Positions 41,089-54,135 are shown, counted from the stretch's first letter. The stretch: 64,000 nt of DNA from Eledone cirrhosa (GCA_964016885.1 OZ024745.1:127782001-127846000); one strand, 5' to 3'. Made by a program: numbers and translations. Notes: generated by a model not told the origin, from the letters alone.

Positions 41089-41092
<4 letters not shown>
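40900..41092 (+). mobile_element. Penelope-like element RT fragment
   Basis: RVERLAIREGYITLKDNK resembles the PLE motif A(F/Y)ITLKDHK..RLINP..SELG. Confidence 0.6.
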
Positions 41093-41139
<47 letters not shown>

Positions 41140-41179
41140 GAAACATAAGTCAATTGTATGAACTCATAATCATTTATTT

Positions 41180-41235
41180 ACCGCTATATATATTTCGATG
41201 ATAGCCATTGTATGGCTATGACCTCATCAGGCAGT
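41180..41235 (-). ncRNA. Minimal type I hammerhead ribozyme
   Basis: ACTGC-CTGATGA-GGTcATAGCCAT ACA ATGGCTATcATC-GAAA-TATATA-TA-GCGGT. Confidence 0.7.
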
Positions 41236-41424
41236 CAGTAAGTTCTTAGATACTACAGGACATTCTTAAATTGAGGAATTTATGTGGGGTGGTAATACTG
41301 ATAAATTATGGTTAGAGTCAAATACTTAGAAAGTTTACATATAAAAAGACTTATGTTGGTTGACTTGTACATACATATATATATGTAACCCAGGACTAAA
41401 AATATCAGCACATAGTAACCTTTG

Positions 41425-41668
41425 GGAGACGCATGGCTTAGTGGCTAGAGCATTGGGCTTACAATCGAACGGTTGTGAGTTCAATTCTCGGACCGGGTGA
41501 TGTGTTGTTTCCTTGAGCAAGACACTTTATTTCACGTTGCTTCAGTTTACTCAGCTGCAGAAATGAGATCATAGGACTGGGTTCCCTATCATTAAATTAG
41601 CGAAAACACCTCCAACGAGATATACCTTGGAGGAGGCCAGCTAAATCTGCATAGGTGTGAGCTGTCAC
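41425..41668 (+). mobile_element. SINE family B (tRNA head plus CORE-like domain); other copies 52170-52435(-), 54140-54250(+), 59230-59470(-)
   Basis: GCATGGCTTAGTGG (A box), GAGTTCAATTCTC (B box) and TTCCTTGAGCAAGACACTT (CORE-like). Confidence 0.8.
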
Positions 41669-41779
41669 ACACACACACACAACTTGCTATATACAACTTC
41701 CACGAGTTAATTGGGTTTTTTTAAAAGACCCTCCATAAGCTATATGAAATACATAACGTACGTTTCTGTCACCTCTTAC

Positions 41780-42030
41780 CATGCGCCTGTAGGATGGCTT
41801 ATTTGGAGAGGGGATAGACGCCATCCTAGGGTGCTTGTCCTTGAAGCACCGCGTGGCTGAGGATCCTGAGTCGCCCCTGGGTGGTCCTCCTCATTATTGG
41901 GAAATTATATTGTAATTATGGATTTTGTTATATTTTTTAGTACTCGATTCGATTTTATTATAAACCCCCACTGTCCTCGTCTATTGTATTGTCCCCTCTA
42001 TATTGTCCCCTGTGGCCAATAAAGAAATCA
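41780..42030 (+). mobile_element. Tx1-like LINE 3'UTR fragment
   Basis: Ends CCCCTGTGGCCAATAAAGAAAT, matching the termini at 61110 and 61575. Confidence 0.55.
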
Positions 42031-42051
42031 TTTTTATTATTACTATTATTA

Positions 42052-43070
42052 TGGCGGTGGATTGGCAGTATCGGTAGGGCTTCAGAAAACATGCTTTGTA
42101 GCATAGACTTGCGGCGCTTTGTGTTATGTGTTTAAATCCCGCTGAGATTATCTTTGTATTTCATCCTGAAGCGGTCGATAAAATAACGCACCAGTAATGT
42201 AGTGAGGTTGATTCAATTGATTTTCCTTTTCCCCCAAAATTATTGGCATTGTACCTCAATCAGAATCAGGATGGTGGATTGGTAGTATCGGCAGAACGTC
42301 TGACAATATGCCTTACGACATAGAGTTACGGTTCTTTAGGTTCTGAGTTCAAATCCCGCCGAGGTTAGCTTTGTCTTTCATCCTTACGGGGTCGATAAAA
42401 TAATGTATCGGTAATGCACAGAATCGAATTTCTCCTTCCCTTCAAATTGCTGGCCTTGTGCCAAATGTAGAATCAATTATTTCAAGATGGTGGATTGGCA
42501 GTGTCATAAGAGATTCGAAAAAATGCTTAGCCGTATGTGTTCCAGCTCTTTATGGTCTGAGTTCAAATCCCACGGAGGTCATCTTTGCCTTTCATCCTTC
42601 CACAGTAAATAAAATAAAATACAAGGTCGATATTTGTTTCTACTTTTGGCACAAGGCCAGCGATTAACCAGTACATTACTGGTACTTTATTTTCATGGAC
42701 CCCGTAAGGATAAGAGGCAAAGTTAACGTCGGCGGGATTTGAACTCAGTCCGTAAAGGGACATAACTCTATGCTGGAAAGCATAGCGTCCGACTTTCTAC
42801 CTATACTGTCAATCCACCGCCCTAGTTAAATAATTGTTTCTACTTTTGGCACAAGGCCAGCAATTACCCCAGTGCATTACTGGTACTTTATTTTATCGAC
42901 CTCATAAGGATGAAAGGCAAAGTGAACCTCGGAGGGATTTGAACTCAGACTATAAAGGGGCGTAATTTTATGCTGCAAAGCCGATACTGCCCTAGTTAAA
43001 TAATGGGGCCGATGTAATAGATTTTCCCCTTCCTTAAAATTTCTCACCTTGTGCTAATGTTAGAAATAAT
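42052..43070. mobile_element. Nest of five SINE A copies (three +, two - inserted into the third)
   Basis: Consensus matches; CCTAGTTAAATAAT is repeated at junctions. Confidence 0.85.
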
Positions 43071-43913
43071 AATAATTATTATAGTTGATGAAGTAGTAAT
43101 TGTGGACGTGATGGTGATGGTGGTGGTGGTGTACTTAAAACTGAAACATTTTATTAAAAGCTTTCCAGTGGTTCTTGTGTCGTCATTTTATGCTATAAAT
43201 TAAAAATTCAGGTTGAGTCGAATCTGTTTAACGTCTGTCCAAAATGAAAATATGCCACAAAAAATGTACAAAAAGAAAAAAAAATGTAAATAATATATGA
43301 AAATGAACAAATTAGAAATCTCCAAACTTCGTATAAAGTGAAAGATCGTAAAAGGTTAGTTGTAACATTCGGCGCCTGCATTTCAATTACTGGGAAACAT
43401 TTTGACAGCGACGAAAGGTGTAGAGATATCAAAGGATTTAATGCAAGATTGTTTTAAAAATAGTAGAAAATTTTGATTAATATTCTTTTCGGTGAAATGT
43501 GATTCGAACCTTTATAAATCCAGTTAATTGTATTGAAGCAAACGTATTTGGTGAAAAGTTCTTTTGTGGGGTAAAACACATCTAGTACCACGTCTCTAGT
43601 GTTATTGCTGGAGAACTCGAGATAATAAAGATTGATCTCTTGCGTTATTGAAATTTAATCTATGTTTATAGTACTTTATTCTTCGTATCAGATTCATTTT
43701 GTTTTACATGTATTTATTACTCTGTTTATCGATTTAACCCATGAACCTTTAGGTTGGGTGGTACTCTGTATAAAAATACTGCACTTTTCCCTCTTGCTTT
43801 CAATCTTAGTTTTAGTTTGGTTGTTTTTTTTTTTGTTTTTTTTTTACATTTGTTTCAATTTTCAATTTCTCTCTCTTACTCCACATTCCACTCTCCACGC
43901 CTTTCAGTCTCTC

Positions 43914-43982
43914 AGTAGTAGTAGCAGTAGTAGTAGTACTAGTAGGAGTAGTAGTAGTAGTAGGAGTAGTAGTAGTAGTAGC

Positions 43983-44068
<86 letters not shown>

Positions 44069-44269
44069 CAGTAGTAGTAGTAGTAGCAGCAGCAACAGTA
44101 GTAGTAGTAGTAGTTGTAGCAGCAATAGCATTTGTAGTAGTAGTAGTAGTAGCAGCAACAGCAGCTGCAGCAGCAGCAGTAGTAGTAGTAGTAGTAGTAG
44201 TAGTAATAGTAGTAGTAGTAGTAGTAGTAGTAGCAGCACCAGTAGTAGTAGTGGTAGTAGTAGTAGCAA

Positions 44270-44326
<57 letters not shown>

Positions 44327-44345
44327 CAGTAGTAGTAGTAATAGT

Positions 44346-44377
<32 letters not shown>

Positions 44378-44387
44378 CAGCAGCAAC

Positions 44388-44423
<36 letters not shown>

Positions 44424-44442
44424 TGTAGCAGCAATAGCATTT

Positions 44443-44491
<49 letters not shown>

Positions 44492-44547
44492 CAGCAGCAA
44501 TAGCATTAGTAGTAGTAGTAGTAGGAGTAGGAGTAGAAGTAGTAGTA
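43914..44547. repeat. (AGT)/(AGC) compound microsatellite with internal ~300-bp duplication
   Basis: GTTGTAGCAGCAATAGCATTTGT occurs twice. Confidence 0.9.
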
Positions 44548-44829
44548 AAGAGAAAAGGATTAGGAGGTGGAGGTGAAAGAGAAGGGAGAAGTGCAGGGTG
44601 GTAGTGGGGCTGGGTTCGTTGTTTTGGTTGAATGGTTTCTATAAACAAATGGATTGGGTGATTGTTTGGCCTGTCGATATATTAGCAGGAAAGGGCGGGG
44701 GAGGAGAGGGGCTAGTGGCTGGGATATTACATGGATGAAGGTGAGAGTTGTTTCTCGAAAGAGAGGTAGCTGTCAATATGGCAGTGGTGGTTATATTTGT
44801 GTTTGCAAACGGCTAATGCCAGGAGTAAT

Positions 44830-45104
44830 AATGGTTCCTTATATAGACGCATGGCCAGCAATTTTTGGGGGGAAGCGAAAGTCGATTAAATCGACCCCAG
44901 TGCATTACTGGTGCTTTATTTTATCGACCCCGAAAGGATGGAAGGCAAAGTTAACCTCGGCGGGATTTGAACTCAGACGGTAAAGGGGCGAAACTCTATG
45001 CTGTAAAGCATGACGTCCAACCCTCTACCGATAATGACGATGTAATAATGATGATAGTAATAATTGTTGTCTCTAAACAATTACTCACTTATTATATCCA
45101 CCGC

Positions 45105-45107
<3 letters not shown>
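44830..45107 (-). mobile_element. SINE family A, head interrupted
   Basis: Consensus match; ATCCACCGCCC resumes at ~45097. Confidence 0.75.
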
Positions 45108-45142
<35 letters not shown>

Positions 45143-45277
45143 CGTTTCTGAATTTGTTTAGCAAGATTCTTTATCTGAAATCGTGTGTTGAAACCGATAT
45201 AGTTATACTTTGGGAGGGTCATGTTGCCAATAAGTGTGCGTGTGTTTCTTATTGGCAACATGACCCTCCCAAAGTAT

Positions 45278-45338
<61 letters not shown>

Positions 45339-45658
45339 CTGTGGGAATAAACAAAAAATGGGATAGAGGTGTATGAAGTAAATGAGGTAATGAGTTCTTC
45401 ATCGTATGGAATATATTTAATGTACCATTTTTAGAGGTTTAAAAAAGAAGGAAACAATCTAACAATAACCACTAATTGAGTTTTGAAAGGAGGGATGGAT
45501 TTGCCCCCAACAATTTATATATATATGAGACTAAAATCCAAAGAGGGCTCGATAAGGATAAATATATATCAAATATATAAGAACCGTAGAGCAAATATTT
45601 ATTAAAATAACAGATTAAAGGTGAAGCAGCGATTCTTTGCTTAAACTTTAATCTGTTA

Positions 45659-45747
<89 letters not shown>

Positions 45748-45930
45748 CACATGTAATAGCATAGGATATATATATATATCCCCGACGACTAGTTGTTGAG
45801 ACGGCAGGACCTCAGCCGTCGGAGTCCTAAATTTTTCATATTGCATACTCTACAACCCCAAATATGGAGTACTCTGGGAAGTAATGGTCTAACTGAGTTT
45901 TACCGCTTCCATTCTGATACACACACACAT

Positions 45931-45967
<37 letters not shown>

Positions 45968-45971
45968 CACG

Positions 45972-46023
<52 letters not shown>

Positions 46024-46960
46024 CGTATATATTTATGTATACACATATACAACATATATACACGCACACACACATATACCCACACGCATATGTCCTATGT
46101 TACCGTATTTTAGCCTCTTATTGGTATTATTGTAATCCTGTGTGCGCTGGTTTGAATGATCCCAACTTTCGAAACACAGAAATCATAATGAACTCCAATA
46201 GTCAGCTGATAATATAAGGATTTTTCCGTGTTTTCTTCCAATGTCCTTGTCGTGTGTGCTCTGAATTATATTTATTATTTCTTTTTGTCAACTTTGCCTT
46301 TCATCCTTACGGGGTCGATAAAATAAAGTACCAGTAATGTACTGGGTTATTTGCTGGTCTTGTGCCAAAAGTAGAAACAATCATTTCTTTTTATCCAACG
46401 CAAGCTTCTTTCACCTCTCACCAAAAATAGACTATATACAACCTGTGACATTTATCTTTATCACCACCTCCTTCGCTCTCACTTTCCTCCTCTTTCTCCC
46501 TCTCTCCCACTCCTCATTTCCTCCACCCTTTTCAATCTTAATCTATTCCTCCCCCTTCTTATGTCTTGACCTCACGTGACCACCACGTCTCTCTGACACA
46601 GTTTGTTGCTGTCAATTCTCCTCTCCGTATCGCTGCAGTATCGTCTCAGAATTAACGCCTGCATGTGTTATTATTTTCTCTCTCATTTTCCTCATGGTTG
46701 ACTTGTACACTCTCCCTTGTTGCTTTTCTTTTCATTTTCACTTGAAGCACCCAGGTTTGTATGTACACCTTCTTTCCTTTTATGTGTGTAGTTTGTTATT
46801 TTGTTTGTATTGTTGTAATCCTATGTCTGCTGGTTTCAATGAACCCAACTTTCGAATCAGAGAATTCAACATGATCTCTAGTAATTGGCTGACGATATAG
46901 GGAGTTGTTCATGCCTTTTCCTTTGTAGTTGCCATGTGTGTTATTTTTTAATTATATTTA

Positions 46961-47443
46961 CTAGCAGAAAAACCACCTGTCGGGTGGTTTATCTGCTAGC
47001 ATGTGTAGTGTGTATATTGATATTATACGCAGGTATATATACATGTAGATATGATACATGAAATAAAATCGTAATTGACAATATATAATACATAGACATT
47101 GAACGAGGACTGCGTTACACTGTCTTATTTAATCAGTAACGTAATCATGATACATTAAAAAAGATGATATTATATATAAACTGCATTAATAGAAAATTAG
47201 TGACATAAAATTAGTATATTTATTTAAGCGATGGCCAACCGGAAGTGTTGACATTTCAGAAATTTTAAAGAAGTGAATCTTTAAATAAACAAAATATATT
47301 TATCAACAGCCACGAAATTTAGTAGATATATTATGTAATATTCATTCATTATTTAATCAAAGTAATCCAACTTATTTTACTAATGTGATAACAAATTATA
47401 AATCCTACGCAGTCCCGCGCTCCTTACTTTATTATAGTTTAGA
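46961..47443 (-). mobile_element. Non-autonomous Helitron
   Basis: 5' TC(TAAACTATAATAA), subterminal hairpin AACCACC..GGTGGTT and 3' CTAG, inserted between A and T. Confidence 0.7.
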
Positions 47444-47663
47444 TACATACTCATAGGTTAAGGCCACGTGCCACCACTCTATGTAAATCTTTTATAGAAT
47501 AGATTCTGTTTTTAATTTAATATCTTACATCCATATTAAATTTTCTTTCTGATGAACAACGACTTCGGACTTCTCTGTTGAGGTCGCCTGTCTTCGTGAA
47601 ACCTTAGGTAATGGAATAATTGTATTGTGTTGTTTATTACATGATTATATATATGCATATATA

Positions 47664-48257
47664 TGGTGGCTGCCAACTCGTTTTCGAGTATGGCCACTAC
47701 TTTATATCCATGTAGGAGAACCCCTACCGATGCGCTGAACGAGTATGACTTTTTAGTCCAGCCAGCGACTTGAAAACTCTGGTACAAACACTACACTTGT
47801 GACAATTATTGACACATAGTGCTGGGCCCATGGTACCATACGACGACAAGTGCAGAAGATCTCCAGATACAAAGCAATGCCTGTGCCGTGAAGCTTTTAT
47901 AGTGAGCAAAGGCACTGCACAAAGCCAGTCCCACTCTCTTAACCAAGATGATATTTACCAAAAAGTCAACATCATTGGATACCATCAGAGTTGCAGGTGT
48001 TATATCAGAGTTTTCCTTCTCCTAGAATTCTCCCTTGACAAAGGCTAAGGGGTCATCACCCGGTGATTTTGGATGGCCATTGACTCTTAAGAGCTCCTTT
48101 GCCCTTTGACAGGTTTTGTTTTTAGTCCTGCAGGATGTCCAAATTCACCCTCCTCACCAAGAAACCTTAGTGGGGTTGCCAGTTTAGTCGCCAACGACCC
48201 AACCATGAGACAGGTTGTAATGGGATACATGTTACCAGTAGCACCAACTGGTGACCT

Positions 48258-48260
<3 letters not shown>
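47664..48260 (-). mobile_element. Internally deleted RTE-clade element (5'UTR fused to C2H2 finger and 3'UTR)
   Basis: CTAGGAGAAGGAAAACTCTGA 5'UTR motif, CSVCTRVFKSLAGLKSHTRSAH and an ACTCG AAAA CGAGT 3' stem-loop, flanked by (TA)n. Confidence 0.75.
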
Positions 48261-48338
<78 letters not shown>

Positions 48339-48521
48339 AAGAAGGGAGTAAAAAGAAAAGTTGAGAGTTAAAAAGGAAGAAATATAAAGATGAAAAGGAG
48401 AATAGGGAGAGGGAAAATATAGACACTCGGCTGGAAAGTCATCTCAGTTGTTGCCCACATCACTGGAGAACAGCTAGTGATACTTGCTGCACCAACCACT
48501 CTCCTTAATACCACTAGGCGA

Positions 48522-49385
48522 GGGTGGTGGATTGGCAGTACCGGTAAAGAGCCGGCCGCCATGCTTTGCAGCATAGAGTTACGACCGTTTATGAGCTAAT
48601 TTCAAATCCCGCCGTGGTTAATTTTGCCTTTCATCCTTACTTTACTTGTACTTACTTGTGTCGACATTCACCCTGGATGGGTTGAGCCGGCTTCTTCCCT
48701 TGTCCAGACGGCATCCCGAACCATGGCAGCCCACGCACGACGGTCCCGGGCTAGATCACTGGAGATAGCGAGCCAGTCACGGTTCCATCGGCGCAGGCCG
48801 ACCACCTGCGGACCTGAGAGTTCGGAGAGGTGCTCGTTGATCGTCGTTGCCCAGGTCTTCAGCTGCTCGCCAACGTGTTTGCGCCAATTAGGGAGTGGAG
48901 GTGGGAGGAGAACATCGCGGATCAGCTCACCCTCAGGGCGCCGGGCTGCGTGACCAAACCATCTCAAGTCCAAACCGACCTAAAGTTCAACCCCTCCTCA
49001 ACGTGGCAGGGCGGTGGCAACAGGTAGTGTCAGAGCTATGCCGTCGGGAACTTCGGTTCCTGGTAGGGCCACCCAAGGCGGATTGGTCTGGCACCCAGCG
49101 GTATTAGGGCCGCAACGCGGCAAAAGGGTGTCTGTCCCGGCAACCGGCGGTTTCGAGTCGTTTCTGTCCCTGCGTCTGTGGAGACTCTGCAGAAACAGGA
49201 CGTTTCTTCCCCTCGTTCGGGATATACATGCGGGTTTTTTGGGGACTGCTTGTGAATTCACTACTCCCATGACACTTCTTCCTTAAGGGGTCGATAAAAT
49301 AAAGTACCAGTCACGCACTGGGATCGATTTGATCGACTACCCCTCCCCCAAAATTGCTGGTATTGTGCTTATATAAGAAACCATT
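48522..49385 (+). mobile_element. SINE family A split by an RTE-derived insertion
   Basis: The head ends ..TTCATCCTTA at 48639 and the body resumes TTCTTCCTTAAGGGGTCGATAAAATAAAG at 49276. Confidence 0.85.
48640..49275 (-). mobile_element. Internally deleted RTE-clade (SR2-like) element
   Basis: LRWFGHAARRP...KTW...GLRRWNRDWL...DRRAW C-terminus, RTE 5'UTR-like CCCTACCAGG..CCCGACGGCATAGCTC, a CAAGTAAG-type tail and a ~10-bp TSD. Confidence 0.8.
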
Positions 49386-49865
49386 AATCCCATTAGGTAA
49401 GTTATAGACGACATTCTAGTCCATTTATTCTTTGATATGTCTAGCCATATATAAACCTAGCTTAACATCAGCTTTTACAAACTTTAAAAAGCAATTTCAT
49501 TTGAATTTCTCTCTTAGGTCATTTCACATTTCTCTCTTAGGTCATCTCTCATTTCATCCTTAGGAAATTAGGTCAATTCATTAATTAGGTTAAGTTTATA
49601 GTTGTGCTTAAACGGATATAGGAGTTAGATTAGATTTATATTGTATAATATAATTTCAAAACCACATTGAATTGATAATGAAAGTACTTAAATCACAATA
49701 GGCATAATATTAATTGAATAATTGAATATATGAATAATTATTAAAACATGCTATCAAAGAAGTCATAACAAACTAAAAAAAAGTGTAAATGATGACTCAT
49801 ACATGGAGTAGCATTTCAAGGCAAGGTCAGTCGACGTGACAGAAAATTAATAGTTAGCAAGTTAA

Positions 49866-50102
49866 CAAGGCCCGATGTAGACCTTGGGGACCCGGGGCAC
49901 TTCAAGTTTGGGAGGGTCCCTTATACAAAAAAATTAGAATACACAACAAACCTCGAATTTTACATATCAAAGTCAGCTTGGCGCAAACTAAAAAGCTCAT
50001 GAGAAGGCACAAATAAATTGCTACGGCCGTTGCTAGTGGGACAACCCCTGAATGGGGTCAGATGCAATTGCCATCTTCCCCCCCCCATTAAATCCAGCCC
50101 TG
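49866..50102. mobile_element. hAT-like MITE
   Basis: Imperfect TIRs CAAGGCCCGATGTA / TAAATCCAGCCCTG with 8-bp TSD CA(A/T)GTTAA. Confidence 0.6.
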
Positions 50103-50467
50103 CATGTTAATATTGGGCAGCCGTTTCATACTAAAGGTAGACGTATTCAGTGACAATCGCCCATTGTTCAAACCAACTGTTATATGATTTCTTGAAACAT
50201 TACATTCGATATCGAGAAAATATTAACATAGGAAATCTTGCTAGTTTCATTAATTCTTCTTCTTCTTCTTCTTCACCCACCTATTCCTGAGAATATCGTG
50301 GGGACAGTGTTATTAAACGCTCCTTCCAGTGGCCACCGACACACGCGTACAAAGGCCAGCGACACACGCGGCAACAGCCACCCCACCTTGCGGGGAGAAA
50401 TATTCTGGACGTAGTTCAGATGCTGCATTTATGTATTAATCATTAAATTTAATTTTAGTAGATCTTA

Positions 50468-51086
50468 TATTATATGTATAGAAATTTCGTATTTCTAAAG
50501 AAATGCGGTTTTAGGAAGCCGTAGTTATGTAAACACCGGGGGGGTTAACGCCCTCTGGTGGTGTCCAGCAGAAGCAAGGGGGACAACCGTCTATGCATTT
50601 CAGGCTTGACTGGCCATAGTCTCTGTGACTGCTGGACTCGAAAACAGCCGAGAATATATCGTTTTCTCGTCTGTGTAAATGAGGTGATTAATCTCATTTG
50701 CATATGAAGCTGCATTGTATAAAGCTATGGTTGAAGCTAATTCCTATTTCTTTTCTATTATAAGTTGAGCCAACTTATGCAGCTTCATATGCAAATGAGA
50801 TTAATCACCTCATTTGCACAGATGAGAAAAGTATATATTCTCGGCTGTTTTCAAGTCCATCAGTTGCAGAGCGGTGGAAGGGATCATCCTGACGAGGGCC
50901 AGTCAAGCTGAAATGCATAGACGGTTGTCTCCCTTGCTTCTGCTGGACACCACCAGAGGGCGTTAGCCCCCCCCCCCCCCCCCCGGTGTTTTCATAGCTA
51001 CGGCTTCCTAAAACCGCATTTCTTTAGAAATACGAAATTTCTATACATATTGTATAAAGCTATGCATGAAGCGAAATCTTATTTAT
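50468..51086 (+). mobile_element. Retrozyme-like ~335-bp terminally redundant unit preceded by an inverted partial copy
   Basis: TTGTATAAAGCTATG..TGAAGC.AA.TC.TATTT at 50715 and 51050; hammerhead CTGACGA..GAAATGCATAGACG at 50889-50923. Confidence 0.7.
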
Positions 51087-51918
51087 CATTTTATATTATA
51101 TTTAAAATTTACCAAATATTCAAATGCTGAGAAGGTTAATCCTAGTAATAATTTGGAATCATTCGAGTGAGTATTGTATTTTCTGATGTAATTCCTTGTC
51201 AAGACATGTAATTATTGTGCCAACGGCTGCGAAATGTATCGAGTTATGGTATCTATGTTTATCTTAGACTTAGTAAGAATGAAATATATAAAATTTATAA
51301 ATCAAATTTACAACAGAAGTCAGGTTCTTAATAATTTGATCAAAATGAGTTTGTGTGAAAACACTTCAAAAGATGAAATATGCAAGATTGCTATAAATTT
51401 ACAGATCATCACAATATTATGCTTTGATTCTTTGACTGCTTTCAGTCATTAGACTGCGATCATGATAAGGCCATATATAGGGAGTTAGTCTTTCATATCG
51501 ACCCCAGGCCTAATTTTCTTCAAACCTCCGATAAAGAATAAGCTAACAGTTATTGTAAAAACAAATACACACACAAATATACGCGCACACACACCCGTAC
51601 ATACATACACACACATACACATACACATATATATATATATACGCACATATATATATATATGCACACACACACACACATATATATATGTATATATATTTAT
51701 TAAAATACCAGATTAAAGTTTAAGCAAAGAATCGCTGCTTTAACCCTTAACGGGATTTCCTGAAACTAATAAAATCAATCTGTGAACGCAGTAGTATTTG
51801 ATATATATTTATCCTTATCGAGCCCTCTTTGGATTTTAGTATTCAAATTTATTATTATTACTATATACGTAATACACTGGGTAATTGCTGGCCTTGTGCC
51901 TAAAGTAGAAACAATTAT

Positions 51919-51967
<49 letters not shown>

Positions 51968-52141
51968 CACACACACACTTATATATATATATAGGAAAAT
52001 AGCCAGGACTCAAGCCGTATCGATAGATTGTAACTGAGTTCGCATCTAGCTGACTCTTTTCCTATTACCCACTCCACTGCCTAAGTATTGAGTACTCTGG
52101 TGCGTCATGGTCTACCTGGTATCCTACAACACTCTCTTTGT

Positions 52142-52173
<32 letters not shown>

Positions 52174-52440
52174 CTTGACCACCTTGACCGACCAGTCTGT
52201 CGGGCGTCAATCGGCTCTGCTGGTCACAGCACGTCGTGTTGTTTTAGCCATAAGATAACACCATCCCACTGGGTGGGCGGGCAGGCCGGTACTCATTTCT
52301 ACAGCTGAGTAAACTGGAGCAACGTGAAATAAAGTGTCTTGCTCAAGGAAACAACACATCACCCGGTCCGAGAATTGAACTCACAACCTTTCGATTGCAA
52401 GCCCAATGCTTTAACCACTAAGCCATGCGCCTTCACACAC

Positions 52441-52500
<60 letters not shown>

Positions 52501-52524
52501 CTGTGTGTTTGTGTGTGTATATAC

Positions 52525-52569
<45 letters not shown>

Positions 52570-52577
52570 TGTGTGTG

Positions 52578-52625
<48 letters not shown>

Positions 52626-52633
52626 CACACACA

Positions 52634-52682
<49 letters not shown>

Positions 52683-52725
52683 CAAAATGTTAACAAATGA
52701 AAAATATTCTCATAATCAAAATATA

Positions 52726-52924
52726 TACTTTATTATATATATTTCAAAGGTACTGTGCTGTTTTTTTCAGTACGTCCTCATCAGACAAAATATATGATTT
52801 GATATATGACACCGCTATGGTCTTGATTATTCAATTCCCGTATATATCAAATCCTATATTTTGTCTGATGAAGACGTACTGAAAAAAAACACCACAATAC
52901 CTCTGAAATATATAAAATAAAGTA
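52726..52924. ncRNA. Pair of divergent minimal hammerheads in a ~130-bp-arm inverted repeat
   Basis: TATTTTGT-CTGATGA-..GTACTG..CAGTAC..-GAAA-TATATA-TA-ATAAAGTA on - (52726-52792) and a mutated copy on + (52857-52924). Confidence 0.6.
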
Positions 52925-53037
52925 TATATTTTTCATTTGTTAGCATTTTGAATAATATTAAAAACTCCAGGAAAACCTTTCTGTTGTAAAACTGTATTCG
53001 TTGAGTAATCAACGAACCATATTAATCTTTGGTTCTA

Positions 53038-53125
<88 letters not shown>

Positions 53126-53132
53126 TATATAA

Positions 53133-53180
<48 letters not shown>

Positions 53181-53249
53181 ATAGAAAGGTTGATGGATGG
53201 ATTGATCCCCACATTACGTAAGCAACGTACTGATATGTGTTACATTTAT

Positions 53250-53344
<95 letters not shown>

Positions 53345-53849
53345 TGTCTGTATCAAGCTTACATAATGTTATCAAGATCACCATCAGAGCTGATAGTATA
53401 AATAAGATTGTTTAGGTTTAGTACATACATAATTTCAAGCTGACATTCGAGCAAAGAGAAACCGTAATACATTCAATATATAAAATTTGTAGCAAATATT
53501 ATTAAAATATTTTATGGTTTCAAGTAATAATAACATAGAGGAGGATAACGAAATAGAAGTAGAAATGAGATCGAAAAATAATTAGAAAGGAAATATATCC
53601 AACGCAGGGTATATTTTATCATAACTATGTTACCATTATTATCAAAAAACATTTCCTACAATACAATTTAATCTTAGTTTGCTTTCTCCTATACCCATTA
53701 TTCATCGGAAACCTGAAAATATTTTGATACAACGGTATGAATAGGGGTAAACATTGTTATAAGCACAAACACGTACACAGAAAATGCACATGCACATTAT
53801 ACTCACAGAAATAGACATAAACACGTACGTACACACACAGAGACATATA

Positions 53850-53896
<47 letters not shown>

Positions 53897-53996
53897 GTAT
53901 GCGTGTACGTGTGTGTGTATGTATATATAATGTGTGTGTGCATTCTGTGTGTCTAAGCGTATCAGCATTTTCATCCCTTATATATACGTGTGTATA

Positions 53997-54135
<139 letters not shown>

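Noticed and set aside
43662-44648. Poly-Ser/Thr/Leu ORFs
   Set aside because: (AGT)n microsatellite.
47724-47915. C2H2 zinc-finger gene
   Set aside because: A single finger at the C-terminus of an RTE-derived element.
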